DNA of 64,000 bases from Myxococcota bacterium (GCA_965140415.1 OZ223209.1:1792001-1856000), one strand, 5' to 3'; shown: positions 10,543 through 20,670, counted from the first letter of the stretch. Notes: generated by a model from the letters alone, not told the origin. Made by a program: numbers and translations.

Positions 10543-11634
10543 GTGGATGAAGATTCTTCAAATCGAATCAACAAAGCGGAAAAAATGAGAATTACAAAGC
10601 GTAGTCAACAATTTGTAACCTTCCTGAAGCAGAACTTGACAACAAGCAAAGCGGTTGTCGTATTGCATGACAATCCGGACCCGGATACCTTGGCAGCCGG
10701 ACTTTGTTTAAAGAAGATCTTCGAGAACGCATATAAAGTGCCAACGACCATCGTTTACGGGGGAATCGTTGGGCGTGCGGAAAATCGAAAAATGGTTCAA
10801 GCTTGCGGAATACAAGCGCAGAAAGTTAGGAATTACAAGGAAGATAGCGACACCTTCGTTGCCGTGGTCGATACCCAGCCCGGTGTTGGAAACAACGTAT
10901 TGGAGCCGACGGCGAAGGTCGATGTCGTTGTCGATCATCACCCGCGTGTTCGATCTACCTGGAAAATGCCCTGGGTGGATGTTCGTCCCAAATACGGTGC
11001 AACGGCCACTATCGCGCTCGAATATCTGTTGGCTCACAATCTGGAACTGACCAAGCCTGAAGCTACCGCTTTATTGTATGCCTTGAAGAGTGAAACCCAG
11101 GATCTGGGTCGGGAAGCCTCCGTTGCAGATCGGCGCGCCTACTTCTATCTGTTTCCTAAAAGCGATTTCAACGTGTTATTTCAGATCGCCAATGCGGAAG
11201 TTACACGGGAATACTTTCAAGTGCTGGCTCGTGCGCTGGAAAACGCCAAAATACACAACAACGTTCTGGTTTCCGCCCTTGGGGAAATTGAAATCGCGGA
11301 TTATGTGGCGGAAGTGGCGGACATGCTGCTGCGCCTGAAGGGCGTCAACTGGACCTTCGTTCTCGGTCGCTTCAAAGGGGCGATGATTCTTTCCATGCGC
11401 ACTCTGCAACATGACAGTGATGCCGGGATGGTGATGAAGCAGGTGGTTGAAGGTCTTGGGACCGGTGGCGGTCACGAAATGATGGCCGGGGGGCGCATCG
11501 ATGAAATCAAGGAAGTCGATGGTGCCGAGCCCATGGAAGAGGAACTCTCCTCCCGGTTCCTGCGCGCGCTTAGAAAGCGTAGCAAGGGGCAGGAATTGCT
11601 GGATGGTCCACCTGCAAACAAGCCTCCGCAGTAA
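10543..11634 (+). CDS. DHH/DHHA1-family phosphoesterase
   Basis: HDNPDPD, VVDTQ, VDHH and GGGH motifs. The start may instead be ATG 10585. Confidence 0.9.
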   Translation: MDEDSSNRINKAEKMRITKRSQQFVTFLKQNLTTSKAVVVLHDNPDPDTLAAGLCLKKIFENAYKVPTTIVYGGIVGRAENRKMVQACGIQAQKVRNYKEDSDTFVAVVDTQPGVGNNVLEPTAKVDVVVDHHPRVRSTWKMPWVDVRPKYGATATIALEYLLAHNLELTKPEATALLYALKSETQDLGREASVADRRAYFYLFPKSDFNVLFQIANAEVTREYFQVLARALENAKIHNNVLVSALGEIEIADYVAEVADMLLRLKGVNWTFVLGRFKGAMILSMRTLQHDSDAGMVMKQVVEGLGTGGGHEMMAGGRIDEIKEVDGAEPMEEELSSRFLRALRKRSKGQELLDGPPANKPPQ

Positions 11635-11650
11635 GCGCATGAACTGTGAG

Positions 11651-14600
11651 ATGAAAGAAAAGCGAATGTTCACTGCTTTTGTGTATGTTTATAAATGTTG
11701 CAGATCGATTCCAACTAGCTTCCGCGAAACTACGATTCCTGCTTCAATCCTGTTGCTTCTTCTCAGTCTGTTTCTCGTTTCAGCTCCGGCGTGGGCGAAA
11801 ACACCTGTTTTCGATCCTGAAGTTGCCTATCCGGATGTGATCGAACCGTTACTGACCAACTCTTTAAATGATCTTTCCCCACAGCAACGCATTCAGTTGG
11901 CATCGCATTTCGCTCATACAGAACATCCGGCAATGGCTAGCTATCTTTTAGATGCGGTTGCAAACGGTAATGCAGATCCGCACCTGCTGGACATCCGTTT
12001 CCGGATTGCTGCCAGTGTGAAGCAGTACGATAGGGCATTGGGCTTAGCCAAAGAACTGATCGAAACGCTGAAACCATCAAAGCAGGTGTCGTCTGATCTA
12101 TGGGATGAGCGGTTAGCGTATGTGCTGAGCTGGCTGCATGAGTATTCCTACTGGCAACAAGGCCGGGAGTTGGCAGAGAAGGCAAGCAAGCGTTTCCCGG
12201 ACTGGCCCAAGCTCGCGGCGCAAGCGCTGCATTTTCAACTCGAAACCGAATCCTGGGAGGAAATCGGCGCATCGGTCCGGGAACGGGTGATAAACTGCCC
12301 GTCTTCCATCGGCTGCCTGGAGCTGGCACTTGTTTTGCGACAGACGGGACATCCCGAGCTGGCCCAGCTTGCCGTTATTCAAGCATGGCGGACTGCGCGC
12401 AGTTTTCAAGAGCAACTCGAGCTCTTCCGTTTTACGGATCGAAGCGATAGCCCGGCATTTTCCGAACGGATGCTTCAGCATCTGTTTCAACAAAAGCCGA
12501 CAGACGCCCAAATTGTCGCTTTAGCTAGTGCTGCCAAGCATTCTCGGTCATGGCTGGCTAAGCAATTGGATGGCAACGAAAAACAGCCTTCCGAACTCTT
12601 GTGGGCTAGGATCATGCTACTAATTCAAAGTGGAGACACCAAGCAGGCTGTGGCGCTATTGCCGCCGCTGGAAAAAACGCCGCTTTCTGCCGAGCAGCTG
12701 TATCGGGAATTATTTGTGGTCCGGCAATTACTGGATGCGCTTGGCGCGGGTGCGGAAAAGGCAGTCGTGCAAGCCCGTGAACACGAGCTGTTGCACATGT
12801 TTCCCCCAAAGACGCTCAGCCCGTTATGGCGGCTGCGTTTGCTCTCTCTGGTGCGTGAGGTTGCCGATCCCAAAACCAAGCAGGTGGTTTTGGCTGAAGT
12901 GCAGAAGCTTGCAGAACCAGATAATCTTTTCGTTCATGGTGCGGAACTGCGCATCCGGCAGCAGATGGGGCAGGGTGAAAGCGTGGCCAACCTGCTGCGG
13001 CAGGATATGGAAACGAATGCAAAGGATAATTTATCCGTTCGATCCGTCATGATTGAACAGGCCATGCAGATGAATCGCGATGGTTGTTTCGATTCAGACT
13101 CCCGCGCACGCGAAGCGCTGGCTGATGCGCTCTCGAAATTGGTTCCCAAGCAACTGACTCACTTTGTTCTGTTGCAAGCTCTTGAGTCTCTCACCGAGCT
13201 GGATAAGCGTTTCGAAGTCGCTGAATTGCTGCGTAAGATCGACACGGAAACCTGGTCTGTCGCTCAACGCCTGGAAATATCACACCTGATTCTTGCCAAT
13301 CGATTAAACCGCGAGGCGGGAAGTTTTCTGGAGTCGATTCAGGCTGCGGAAACTCGTGACCGGCTCGAGCAGATCGAGCAGTTGTTTTTGGCCGATCGTC
13401 ACGAGCAGGCCCAGGCGGTTTGCTTCGCTTTGGAAAACGATGCTGCGAATTCTTCTCTGGACCTTGCGCGAAGACTGCTTCCGCATTACTTGAATTATCG
13501 GTCCTCTTTGACCTTCCTGAGTCGTCAGCAACGTATCGGGTTGGATATCTTCACCCAACTGATCATCCGCAATTTGTTGCGGCACATCGATCAGGCCAAG
13601 GCTTCCGCCGATTGGGCAACCGTCATCGATATCGTCACGCGTATGATGCAAGAGCGGATAAAAGACGAGAAACGCAATTCCCTTCGCAAGGCGCTGTGGG
13701 AAGTGGATGTCGATCTCGATGCTGTCCTGTTCGATGTCTACCAGCGATTCCAGTCTTTCGGTCCGCAACCGTTGGATAGGCGTTTGACGATTCTGACCGC
13801 TCTGGTTAAGGCTCCGAATCCGGATTTCTTTTCCGTTGCCTGGCAGCATGTCGCCGAACTTAAGCTTTCCGCCAGTCAATTGCAGCATTTGATTCGGGCC
13901 TTGTCACTGCGACGGCAGACGGATATGCAGCCCCTGATCGACGAGTTGATGGAAAAGTGGCTCGATGCTTTGGACGAAGACACGAAAGATCATTTACTGG
14001 CCGCTCACGCTTTGCAGGCCAGTGCGGCGGCGATTGAGCAGCAAGGGGTCCAGCAATCCGAGATAGACCGGCTTCAATCGAAGCAGGAAGATATTGAGAT
14101 TTTGCAGGCTACCTTGGACCGGATGGATAAGCGTATTCAGGATGCCCGCAACGCGGTGGAACTCGTTCCTGCGCATGCAACGCTTGAACTGACGGCGAAG
14201 GCGGAAACGCACGGATTCAATACGGCGGAAGTCAATGAGCAGATGATGCACTATGACTGGTTATTGGAAGACTGTCTCTTGGACACGAAAGGTCTGGTGC
14301 AGCCGGTCAGTTTTTCGATGGAAGCGACGACCGACCGCTACGGTCAGATCCGCCAGGTGTCCTTCAGTAAAGCGCCCAGCGGCATCGCTGCCGAGCGGAC
14401 CTGTCTGCGCAATCGCTTGAAAGGTCTGACTCTGGCGAATGTTGAAGCGCCCTTCGGAGTCGGTTTCCTGATCGTGCGCATCGATCCTACCCGGAAAAGA
14501 GGGATGACCGTTCTTGCGCTGGATCATCAGGAACAGCAGATCAAGCTGACCCGGATGGTGATAACGCAACATCTGGATGACTTGAAATCGGAACGCTCCC

Positions 14601-14854
14601 GTCGCATGGATGCAATATTACAGCAACAGAAACTGGCGCGACGCTTGATGATGCTGGCCTATCGCAGCAGTTTCGATCCTGCAATTTATCGAACCGCCTC
14701 CTGGTGGTTTGACGTCATGGGAGACGATCCGGAATTCGCCCGAAAAATAAAGGGCGAAGTCAAATGGATTCAAGCGGCCAAGTTGTCGCCGGTGGCTTTG
14801 CTCGCGCTTGTGGTGGTCTGGCTGCTTCGGCGTCGGCGTAAGAAAAAACGGTAG
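11651..14854 (+). CDS. Large exported helical protein with a putative AgmX/PglI (TonB-C-like) domain and C-terminal membrane anchor
   Basis: Signal-peptide-like LLLLLSLFLVSAPAWA; all-alpha body; coiled coils flanking a Cys-pair alpha/beta segment; C-terminal TM followed by RRRRKKKR. Start uncertain. Confidence 0.6.
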   Translation: MKEKRMFTAFVYVYKCCRSIPTSFRETTIPASILLLLLSLFLVSAPAWAKTPVFDPEVAYPDVIEPLLTNSLNDLSPQQRIQLASHFAHTEHPAMASYLLDAVANGNADPHLLDIRFRIAASVKQYDRALGLAKELIETLKPSKQVSSDLWDERLAYVLSWLHEYSYWQQGRELAEKASKRFPDWPKLAAQALHFQLETESWEEIGASVRERVINCPSSIGCLELALVLRQTGHPELAQLAVIQAWRTARSFQEQLELFRFTDRSDSPAFSERMLQHLFQQKPTDAQIVALASAAKHSRSWLAKQLDGNEKQPSELLWARIMLLIQSGDTKQAVALLPPLEKTPLSAEQLYRELFVVRQLLDALGAGAEKAVVQAREHELLHMFPPKTLSPLWRLRLLSLVREVADPKTKQVVLAEVQKLAEPDNLFVHGAELRIRQQMGQGESVANLLRQDMETNAKDNLSVRSVMIEQAMQMNRDGCFDSDSRAREALADALSKLVPKQLTHFVLLQALESLTELDKRFEVAELLRKIDTETWSVAQRLEISHLILANRLNREAGSFLESIQAAETRDRLEQIEQLFLADRHEQAQAVCFALENDAANSSLDLARRLLPHYLNYRSSLTFLSRQQRIGLDIFTQLIIRNLLRHIDQAKASADWATVIDIVTRMMQERIKDEKRNSLRKALWEVDVDLDAVLFDVYQRFQSFGPQPLDRRLTILTALVKAPNPDFFSVAWQHVAELKLSASQLQHLIRALSLRRQTDMQPLIDELMEKWLDALDEDTKDHLLAAHALQASAAAIEQQGVQQSEIDRLQSKQEDIEILQATLDRMDKRIQDARNAVELVPAHATLELTAKAETHGFNTAEVNEQMMHYDWLLEDCLLDTKGLVQPVSFSMEATTDRYGQIRQVSFSKAPSGIAAERTCLRNRLKGLTLANVEAPFGVGFLIVRIDPTRKRGMTVLALDHQEQQIKLTRMVITQHLDDLKSERSRRMDAILQQQKLARRLMMLAYRSSFDPAIYRTASWWFDVMGDDPEFARKIKGEVKWIQAAKLSPVALLALVVVWLLRRRRKKKR

Positions 14855-14910
14855 GCGAACTGACCGTACACGATATTTCACATGACAATCGTTCATGATC
14901 TGGAGTCACT

Positions 14911-16026
14911 ATGAAAGCCTTGGTTTTACCTAAATCAGGAGACTTGCTATCCCTGCATTTCGAATCCTATCCGGAGCCTGAACCGGGGCCGGGAGAAGTG
15001 ATCGTGCGCGTTGCCGCCGTCGGCCTGAATCCCGTCGACGCCAAGCTGGCGTTAAGTGGATGGCCGAGTTGGCGCTACCCGCATGTCCTCGGTCTGGACG
15101 TGGCTGGAATCGTCTGGTCGGTTGGCGAAGAGGTTCAAAACTGGCGCGAAGGTGACGCCGTCGTGTTTCACGGTGACTTGCGCCGCCCCGGCGGACTGGC
15201 CGAGCTTGTCTGTGCTCCGGCCCATGTGTTGGCTTCCATTCCTGAATCGGTGCCTTTTGCGGATGCCGCTGCCTTGCCCTGCGCCGGGCTGACCGCGTTT
15301 CACATTCTGTTCAGGCGCATGCACCTGCATCCCGGCCAGACCTTATTGGTACAGGGGGGCGCCGGCGGCGTGGGCGGGTTTGCCGTTCAACTGGCGGCTT
15401 ATCACAAGCTCCAGGTTGTTGCGACCTGTTCCGCTCGGAATTTCCCGACCGTACTGGATCTGGGCGCGATGCACGTGCTCGATTACGAATCGGAAGAATG
15501 GCCAGAAGACGTGATGGAACTGACGGACGATCGCGGGGTGGATGCCGCAATCGATATCGTCAGTTCGCAGAGCGCTGCACAAACGCTGGAACTATTGGCG
15601 TATGGCGGTCAACTGGCCTGCGTGGCCGGTATGCCGGATCTGGGAGCGGATGCTCCCTTTATGCGTGGAATTTCCATCCACGACATCGCCCTTGGCGGCG
15701 CTTATCTGTCGGGAGACTATCGTGCCCAGCAGGATCTGGCCAAGATGCTGGATGAACTGCTTTCGCTGGTGGCGCGGCATGAGATTCAACCGCGTGTCGA
15801 ACGTCTTGTGGAGTGGGATGAAGTGGGAGAAGCGTTAAAGGGTTTGCTCGATGGCCACACGCGCGGCAAGCTGGTTGCCAATATCGCGCAACTGGACAAA
15901 AAGCGTCTGCGAAATTCGAAACTCGTTTCGCTGGATGAAATCCCAACCGAATTGCGCGATCTCTCGGAACGACGTGAAAAAGGGAATCTGCGCGTTGCCC
16001 GCGTGGAAGAGGACAACGAGGAATAG
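14911..16026 (+). CDS. MDR-family (Zn-independent, quinone oxidoreductase-like) dehydrogenase
   Basis: VAAVGLNPVD, LGLDVAG, QGGAGGVG and GHTRGKLV motifs. Confidence 0.9.
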   Translation: MKALVLPKSGDLLSLHFESYPEPEPGPGEVIVRVAAVGLNPVDAKLALSGWPSWRYPHVLGLDVAGIVWSVGEEVQNWREGDAVVFHGDLRRPGGLAELVCAPAHVLASIPESVPFADAAALPCAGLTAFHILFRRMHLHPGQTLLVQGGAGGVGGFAVQLAAYHKLQVVATCSARNFPTVLDLGAMHVLDYESEEWPEDVMELTDDRGVDAAIDIVSSQSAAQTLELLAYGGQLACVAGMPDLGADAPFMRGISIHDIALGGAYLSGDYRAQQDLAKMLDELLSLVARHEIQPRVERLVEWDEVGEALKGLLDGHTRGKLVANIAQLDKKRLRNSKLVSLDEIPTELRDLSERREKGNLRVARVEEDNEE

Positions 16027-16038
16027 GCTGTTGTCCTT

Positions 16039-16692
16039 TTACAGGAATTCCAGAACCCGGTACAGGTCTTCTGGGGTTTCAACGTGAACGAACGCGCCTA
16101 GCGCGGAAAAGTCATCCTTATCCTGTAAACGGTCATCCACCGCGATGGCTTCGTGTCCTGTTACTCCGTGTTCCGCCAGAAAGTGTGCGACGTGCGCCGG
16201 TTTGCTGCGCTCCGGATGGCGCAAGGCCACGTTACTGACACCCACCATGCGCCCGTTCTGTTGTTGCACGTCGTTGGCCACGACTTTCACCCGGCCATCC
16301 GGCAATCCGGCCTGTTGTAAAACACGTTTGGCCACGCCGATAAATCCGCTGGAAAGGATCATCATCGCCACCGGCGAACCGTCCGCCAGTCGATGGGCAG
16401 CCACTTGCGGCAGGACTTCCAATGCGGCCTGTGTGGGTTGAATCGTATTCAGCACGTTCAGCACATCGTCTAACTTGCGTCCCGACCACAAGCCAGAGTC
16501 CTTATCGGCCCAGGTTTCGTAGTCGATCTTTCCTGCAAAAAACTGATCGTGGTAGGTTACGGCCTGATCCCAGGTGCCGAAGGCTTCATGAACCAGCCGC
16601 CAGGGGCTTTTTACCGGGGTAAGGGTGCCGTCCAGATCGAAGATAATGGCGCGGGCGGGGAAACCCCCGCCCGCCTTGGAGATGACTTGCAC
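16039..16692 (-). CDS. HAD-IB (phosphoserine-phosphatase-like) phosphatase
   Basis: Motif I FDLDGTL, motif II LSSG, a motif III Lys, and motif IV VDDRLQD. Confidence 0.85.
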   Translation of the reverse strand: MQVISKAGGGFPARAIIFDLDGTLTPVKSPWRLVHEAFGTWDQAVTYHDQFFAGKIDYETWADKDSGLWSGRKLDDVLNVLNTIQPTQAALEVLPQVAAHRLADGSPVAMMILSSGFIGVAKRVLQQAGLPDGRVKVVANDVQQQNGRMVGVSNVALRHPERSKPAHVAHFLAEHGVTGHEAIAVDDRLQDKDDFSALGAFVHVETPEDLYRVLEFL

Positions 16693-16695
16693 GAT

Positions 16696-17934
16696 TTAAC
16701 TTCCGAATTCTTTCTTTACGATGGCAAAGGCTTCATCGGCCACATCCAGCGCCTTGTCGATGTCTTCGTCGGTATGGGTGTAGCAGATAAACCAGTTATG
16801 GTGCGGATGGAACAGGACGCCGCGTGCCACGCATTCCTTCGCCCAAAGTTGCTGACGCAGGAAATTGGTTTCGTTGGAGAAGGTCATATAGGGAATGGTC
16901 GGAGGTCCGCTGACCGTAACCTGCAACCCGTTCTTTTCGGCGCGCTCCTTCAATCCGGCCTGAAGGCGTTTGCCTTTTTCCATCATGCTGTCCAGCACGT
17001 TCAGGTTTTCCATTTCGTCCAGTGTTGCCAGCGAGGCGGCCAGTTCAACGGCGCAGGTATAGTAGCTGCCGGTAAAGAAAACGTTACTGGCGGCGTTTTT
17101 CATTTCATCGGTTCCCACTGCCGCACTTAAGGAAAAGCCGTTGGCGATAGCCTTGGAATAACAGGCCAGATCCGGCTTGAACCCGAAGTATTCGCTGGAA
17201 CCGGCAAGATCCAGGCGGAAGCCGGCGCGCACATCGTCACAGATCAGTACGATGCCGTTGTCGTCGCAGATGCGGCGCACGTCCTGCCAGAATCCCGGAG
17301 CGGGCAGAATGGAGTTTCCAAACGCCGGATGATGGTAGGGTGTCAGGATGACGGCGGCGACTTCGCCTTCGTAGCGTTTGACCAGATCGTTCAACTGGTT
17401 GGCGTCGTTCCAGTTGAAATGGTGAATGGTGTTGATATCCTCTTCGATCAGGCCGCCGTGCCCCGGTGTGCTCCAGGCATGCGAACCGTGATAAGCGCCC
17501 TTGGCCATCAGCACGCGTTTGCGCGAAGTATACTCGCGAGCTACCAGAATGCTGAAGGTCGTGACGTCCGAGCCGTTACGGCCAAAGACCGCCCAGTCGG
17601 CGATTTTGATCGTCTTGACCAGTCGCTCTGCCAGTTCCACGGTACGCTCGGTCGGATGATTGAAACAGGTGCCCTGCTTGGCCTGTTCGGCAGCGGCTTT
17701 TTCGATCTTCTCATAATTATGGCCCAGGATAATCGGACCATATCCGCACAAAAAGTCGATGTAGTCGTTGCCGTCTACGTCCCAGTAGTGACCGTCTTTG
17801 CCGCGGTCGGCGAAATAGGGGAATGCTCCCGGAATGCCGATGGCCGGATTCTTGTGACCGGGAATGCCGCCCGGAATGACTTTGGCGGCCCGTTGGAACA
17901 TCTCCATCGATTTATCGAACTTATAGAGGCTCAT
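16696..17934 (-). CDS. Class III PLP aminotransferase, FumI (aminopentol aminotransferase)-like clade
   Basis: WDVDGNDYIDFLCGYGP, ADWAVFGRNGSD, AKGAYHG, DDVRAGFR, PLP Lys in YSKAIANG, FTGSYY, HPHHNWF. Confidence 0.85.
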   Translation of the reverse strand: MSLYKFDKSMEMFQRAAKVIPGGIPGHKNPAIGIPGAFPYFADRGKDGHYWDVDGNDYIDFLCGYGPIILGHNYEKIEKAAAEQAKQGTCFNHPTERTVELAERLVKTIKIADWAVFGRNGSDVTTFSILVAREYTSRKRVLMAKGAYHGSHAWSTPGHGGLIEEDINTIHHFNWNDANQLNDLVKRYEGEVAAVILTPYHHPAFGNSILPAPGFWQDVRRICDDNGIVLICDDVRAGFRLDLAGSSEYFGFKPDLACYSKAIANGFSLSAAVGTDEMKNAASNVFFTGSYYTCAVELAASLATLDEMENLNVLDSMMEKGKRLQAGLKERAEKNGLQVTVSGPPTIPYMTFSNETNFLRQQLWAKECVARGVLFHPHHNWFICYTHTDEDIDKALDVADEAFAIVKKEFGS

Positions 17935-17955
17935 GGCTCTCCTCCTTTACCTTCT

Positions 17956-18717
17956 CTATGCAAAGTATTTGTTGACGCGATCCATCAGCGCGGTGAAATG
18001 ATCCGCCAGCGGAATCAACCCGATGATGCGGACATCGCAGTTTCCCAATGCGGCGTAGGTATCCAGCTGGTTGAGCATCATACCGGCAGCGACCTCGATG
18101 TCCTTGATGATCACCGTGGAACTGGGATCTTTAACGGTATCGTTCACTGCGTAGAGATGTCCGTTATCCACCAGCACATGCGCCTCGGGACCGTCGCCCA
18201 ATACCTTGAACAGCAAAGTGCCGTTGGGTAGCATGTTCTTCGTTTTTTCCATGTGCGGATCGTGCTCCGCCAGTTCCCGTGCGCCTTCCAAACCGGCCAT
18301 CAGCATCATCTCAACCGCTGCACGGCGGAATTCGGGGCGCGCCATGTCCGCTTCGGTGGGTTTGAGATAACGCGGCATGATTTCGGTCAGGCGGGTGAAT
18401 TTCTTCAACACGCCGAATTTGGTAAGACCCCGATACGGAATCGGGATGACCTTTTCGCCGTCGAACATGCGGTTCAGTTTATCCGCCGAGGTAAAGAACA
18501 GACCGATATCCGCCTTTGCGGTTTTCTGGCGACTGGCTTTGACTTCGCCGTTTTTGAAGGTCAGTTCCACCTGCGGACCGCCGTTGACGACAAAACGGAT
18601 AACCGCGTTCATGTCGCGGGCGATTTCCTTGGCTTCGCTGTCGTAGCGCACCAGTTCTTGCAGTCGTGGTAGGGCTGCGTGCAGATTCAGATTGGCAAGA
18701 ATCGTTTCTTTGTTCAT
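17956..18717 (-). CDS. Tandem SCP2 (sterol carrier/lipid transfer)-like domain protein
   Basis: Two SCP2-like beta-strand/helix patterns (IRFVVNGGPQVELTFKNGEV...ADIGL; LLFKVLGDGPEAHVLVDNG...LDTYAALGNCDVRIIG); RBS GGAGG before ATG 18717. Confidence 0.65.
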   Translation of the reverse strand: MNKETILANLNLHAALPRLQELVRYDSEAKEIARDMNAVIRFVVNGGPQVELTFKNGEVKASRQKTAKADIGLFFTSADKLNRMFDGEKVIPIPYRGLTKFGVLKKFTRLTEIMPRYLKPTEADMARPEFRRAAVEMMLMAGLEGARELAEHDPHMEKTKNMLPNGTLLFKVLGDGPEAHVLVDNGHLYAVNDTVKDPSSTVIIKDIEVAAGMMLNQLDTYAALGNCDVRIIGLIPLADHFTALMDRVNKYFA

Positions 18718-18823
18718 TTCCTCCACCTCGATTTTACTTTCTAACGCAGGCGGTGTTTGCGCCGCCGCTCGGTGTCTGCCGCTGCCTGCACGATCGCCTG
18801 CAACGGCTGTTGGCTGTTTTCAT

Positions 18824-19963
18824 TCAGTCTTGTTCAACGCCTTCGTAATAGGTCAATGTCACGCCGCGTTTGGCGATACGCGGCAGAAACTCGTTCGGGT
18901 CCAGAATCGCTTCGGCGGCAAAGACTCCGCGTTTTTTCAATTCCCCGCGAGCCACCATCAAGGTTGCTTCCACGCAGGGCATACTGGTGATTTCCGCGAT
19001 GTGTCCCACTCCGGTATAGAAGTTATGGCGGTTTTTCCCTTTGTGCTTACCGTAGACATCGATGCGGAAGACCGACTTGTTGGCGGAATCGCCAACGACA
19101 AAGAGATTCATGACCGGTGCCAAGAGTTTCGCCCATACTTCGCGTTTGCGATGGCTGGTGGTCAGGTTCAGATCCCCGAACGTACGCGCGACCAACGCCG
19201 CCCAATTGGGCTTGACACCACCATGCAAGGTCACTTCCTTCAGCCCCTTGAGATTTCGAGGCAAGGAGACGGATTCTGCATGCCCGGTGTAATGTACCGC
19301 TTGCATTCCAACCGGCTCGGGAAACTCGACCATCTTGGTGCCGCGTCCGGTCTTGACCATCACTTCCTTGCCGTCCAGCCATTGCAGCGTTTCGCCTTCG
19401 AAAATGTGCATTACATGCTTGATGTTGGCCGGGCCGACTTCCTCATCCGATCCACCGGTCCATTGGACGTTGATCCGTTCCGGTGCATCCATGGACAAAT
19501 AGCCCTTTTTCGCCAGTACGTTGGTGATGCCCGGAGAGTTACCGATTCCGCTGATGATGGTCACTCCCGCCTGCTTGGCCTGTTCGAACAAGCCTTCCAC
19601 CGCCAGATAGCTGTCGAAATCATCGGCAATGGACACGTAATGCGTACCCGCTTCGATGCAGGCCTGTACGATTACGCGCTCGGTCAGGTAGAAGGGACCG
19701 ACGTAACCCATCATTACATCGGCCTTTTTCGCCAGATCGGTAAGCTCCTGGGGATTCATGGCGTCTATGGCGACGCCGCGGAATTTGTCTCCCATGGAAG
19801 TTGCCGTTTTTTGGGCATTTTCCAGGCTTAAGTCCGCAAGAATGACCTCGGTGACTTCCGGTTCGTTTGCCAGTTCACGCAAAGCCGGGACTGCCATTTT
19901 GGCGCAGCCGCCCAACACGCAAATTGTAAACGCCTTTTTCTCCACCTTTTTAGCCGCCATCAT
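18824..19963 (-). CDS. Saccharopine dehydrogenase-like NAD(P)-dependent oxidoreductase
   Basis: Rossmann VLGGCAKMA...LAD; VGPFY; HYVSIADD; GIGNSPGITN; GHAESVSLPR. Confidence 0.88.
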   Translation of the reverse strand: MMAAKKVEKKAFTICVLGGCAKMAVPALRELANEPEVTEVILADLSLENAQKTATSMGDKFRGVAIDAMNPQELTDLAKKADVMMGYVGPFYLTERVIVQACIEAGTHYVSIADDFDSYLAVEGLFEQAKQAGVTIISGIGNSPGITNVLAKKGYLSMDAPERINVQWTGGSDEEVGPANIKHVMHIFEGETLQWLDGKEVMVKTGRGTKMVEFPEPVGMQAVHYTGHAESVSLPRNLKGLKEVTLHGGVKPNWAALVARTFGDLNLTTSHRKREVWAKLLAPVMNLFVVGDSANKSVFRIDVYGKHKGKNRHNFYTGVGHIAEITSMPCVEATLMVARGELKKRGVFAAEAILDPNEFLPRIAKRGVTLTYYEGVEQD

Positions 19964-20229
19964 GCCTCCCGTATTCGATTTAAAAGTTGGCTTTTCGATG
20001 GACGATCAGAGTTGCTAGCAATGCAAGTCCACTTTATTACCTGTGTTTTACAAGTCAAGCAAAAGATCGAAATTCTCAAAAAGCGATGAATGTGATCCGG
20101 CATTCTGCTGTGGAATTTAGGTGACACAGCTTTACATGGTGAATAGAGATAGCCCCGTAGTGCATCTCGTGGTACAACTACAAGACGTTACAGAGCGAAA
20201 CGGGACTCTATGAAACAGGAACGGACATC

Positions 20230-20670
20230 ATGGAATACTATCCGGTAGTTCTTTGCGAAACCTACGAGCAGATTCAGCAGGCATTTGTGATTCGTCGGAA
20301 GGTTTTCGTGCTGGAACAGCAGATTTCAGAAGAATTGGAACGTGACGAAAAAGACGAAGAGGCCCAGCATTTTCTCGCCTTTGCAGATGATCGACCGGTC
20401 GCCACGGCGCGTCTGATCGCCGATCGTGATACGCTATGGCTCGGACGCATGGCCGTTTTGGAGGAGTATCGCCGCCAGGGTGTGGGGCGGGCGCTGATCA
20501 AGGCGATTCTTCAACATGTCCGCAAATCCGAAGCGAACGAAATCAAACTGCATTCGCAGGCCTCGGCCAGGCTGTTCTATGCCGCCATGGGATTTGTCGA
20601 AGAGGGAGCGCCCTATATCGAAGCGGGGATCGTCCACATCACCATGCGTCTGGACCTCCGCGATAGGTAA
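20230..20670 (+). CDS. GNAT N-acetyltransferase (ElaA/YjcF-like)
   Basis: IRRKVFVLEQ, GRMAVLEEYRRQGVG, FYAAMGF, EAGIVHITM. Confidence 0.9.
   Translation: MEYYPVVLCETYEQIQQAFVIRRKVFVLEQQISEELERDEKDEEAQHFLAFADDRPVATARLIADRDTLWLGRMAVLEEYRRQGVGRALIKAILQHVRKSEANEIKLHSQASARLFYAAMGFVEEGAPYIEAGIVHITMRLDLRDR

Noticed and set aside
14911-16026. MDR dehydrogenase as part of the FumI-like operon
   Set aside because: It is on the opposite (convergent) strand; only proximity supports a link.
16696-17934. Calling the aminotransferase hemL
   Set aside because: It lacks HemL signatures (GGVNSPVR, SGTEA, DEVMTGFR) and has no hem gene context.
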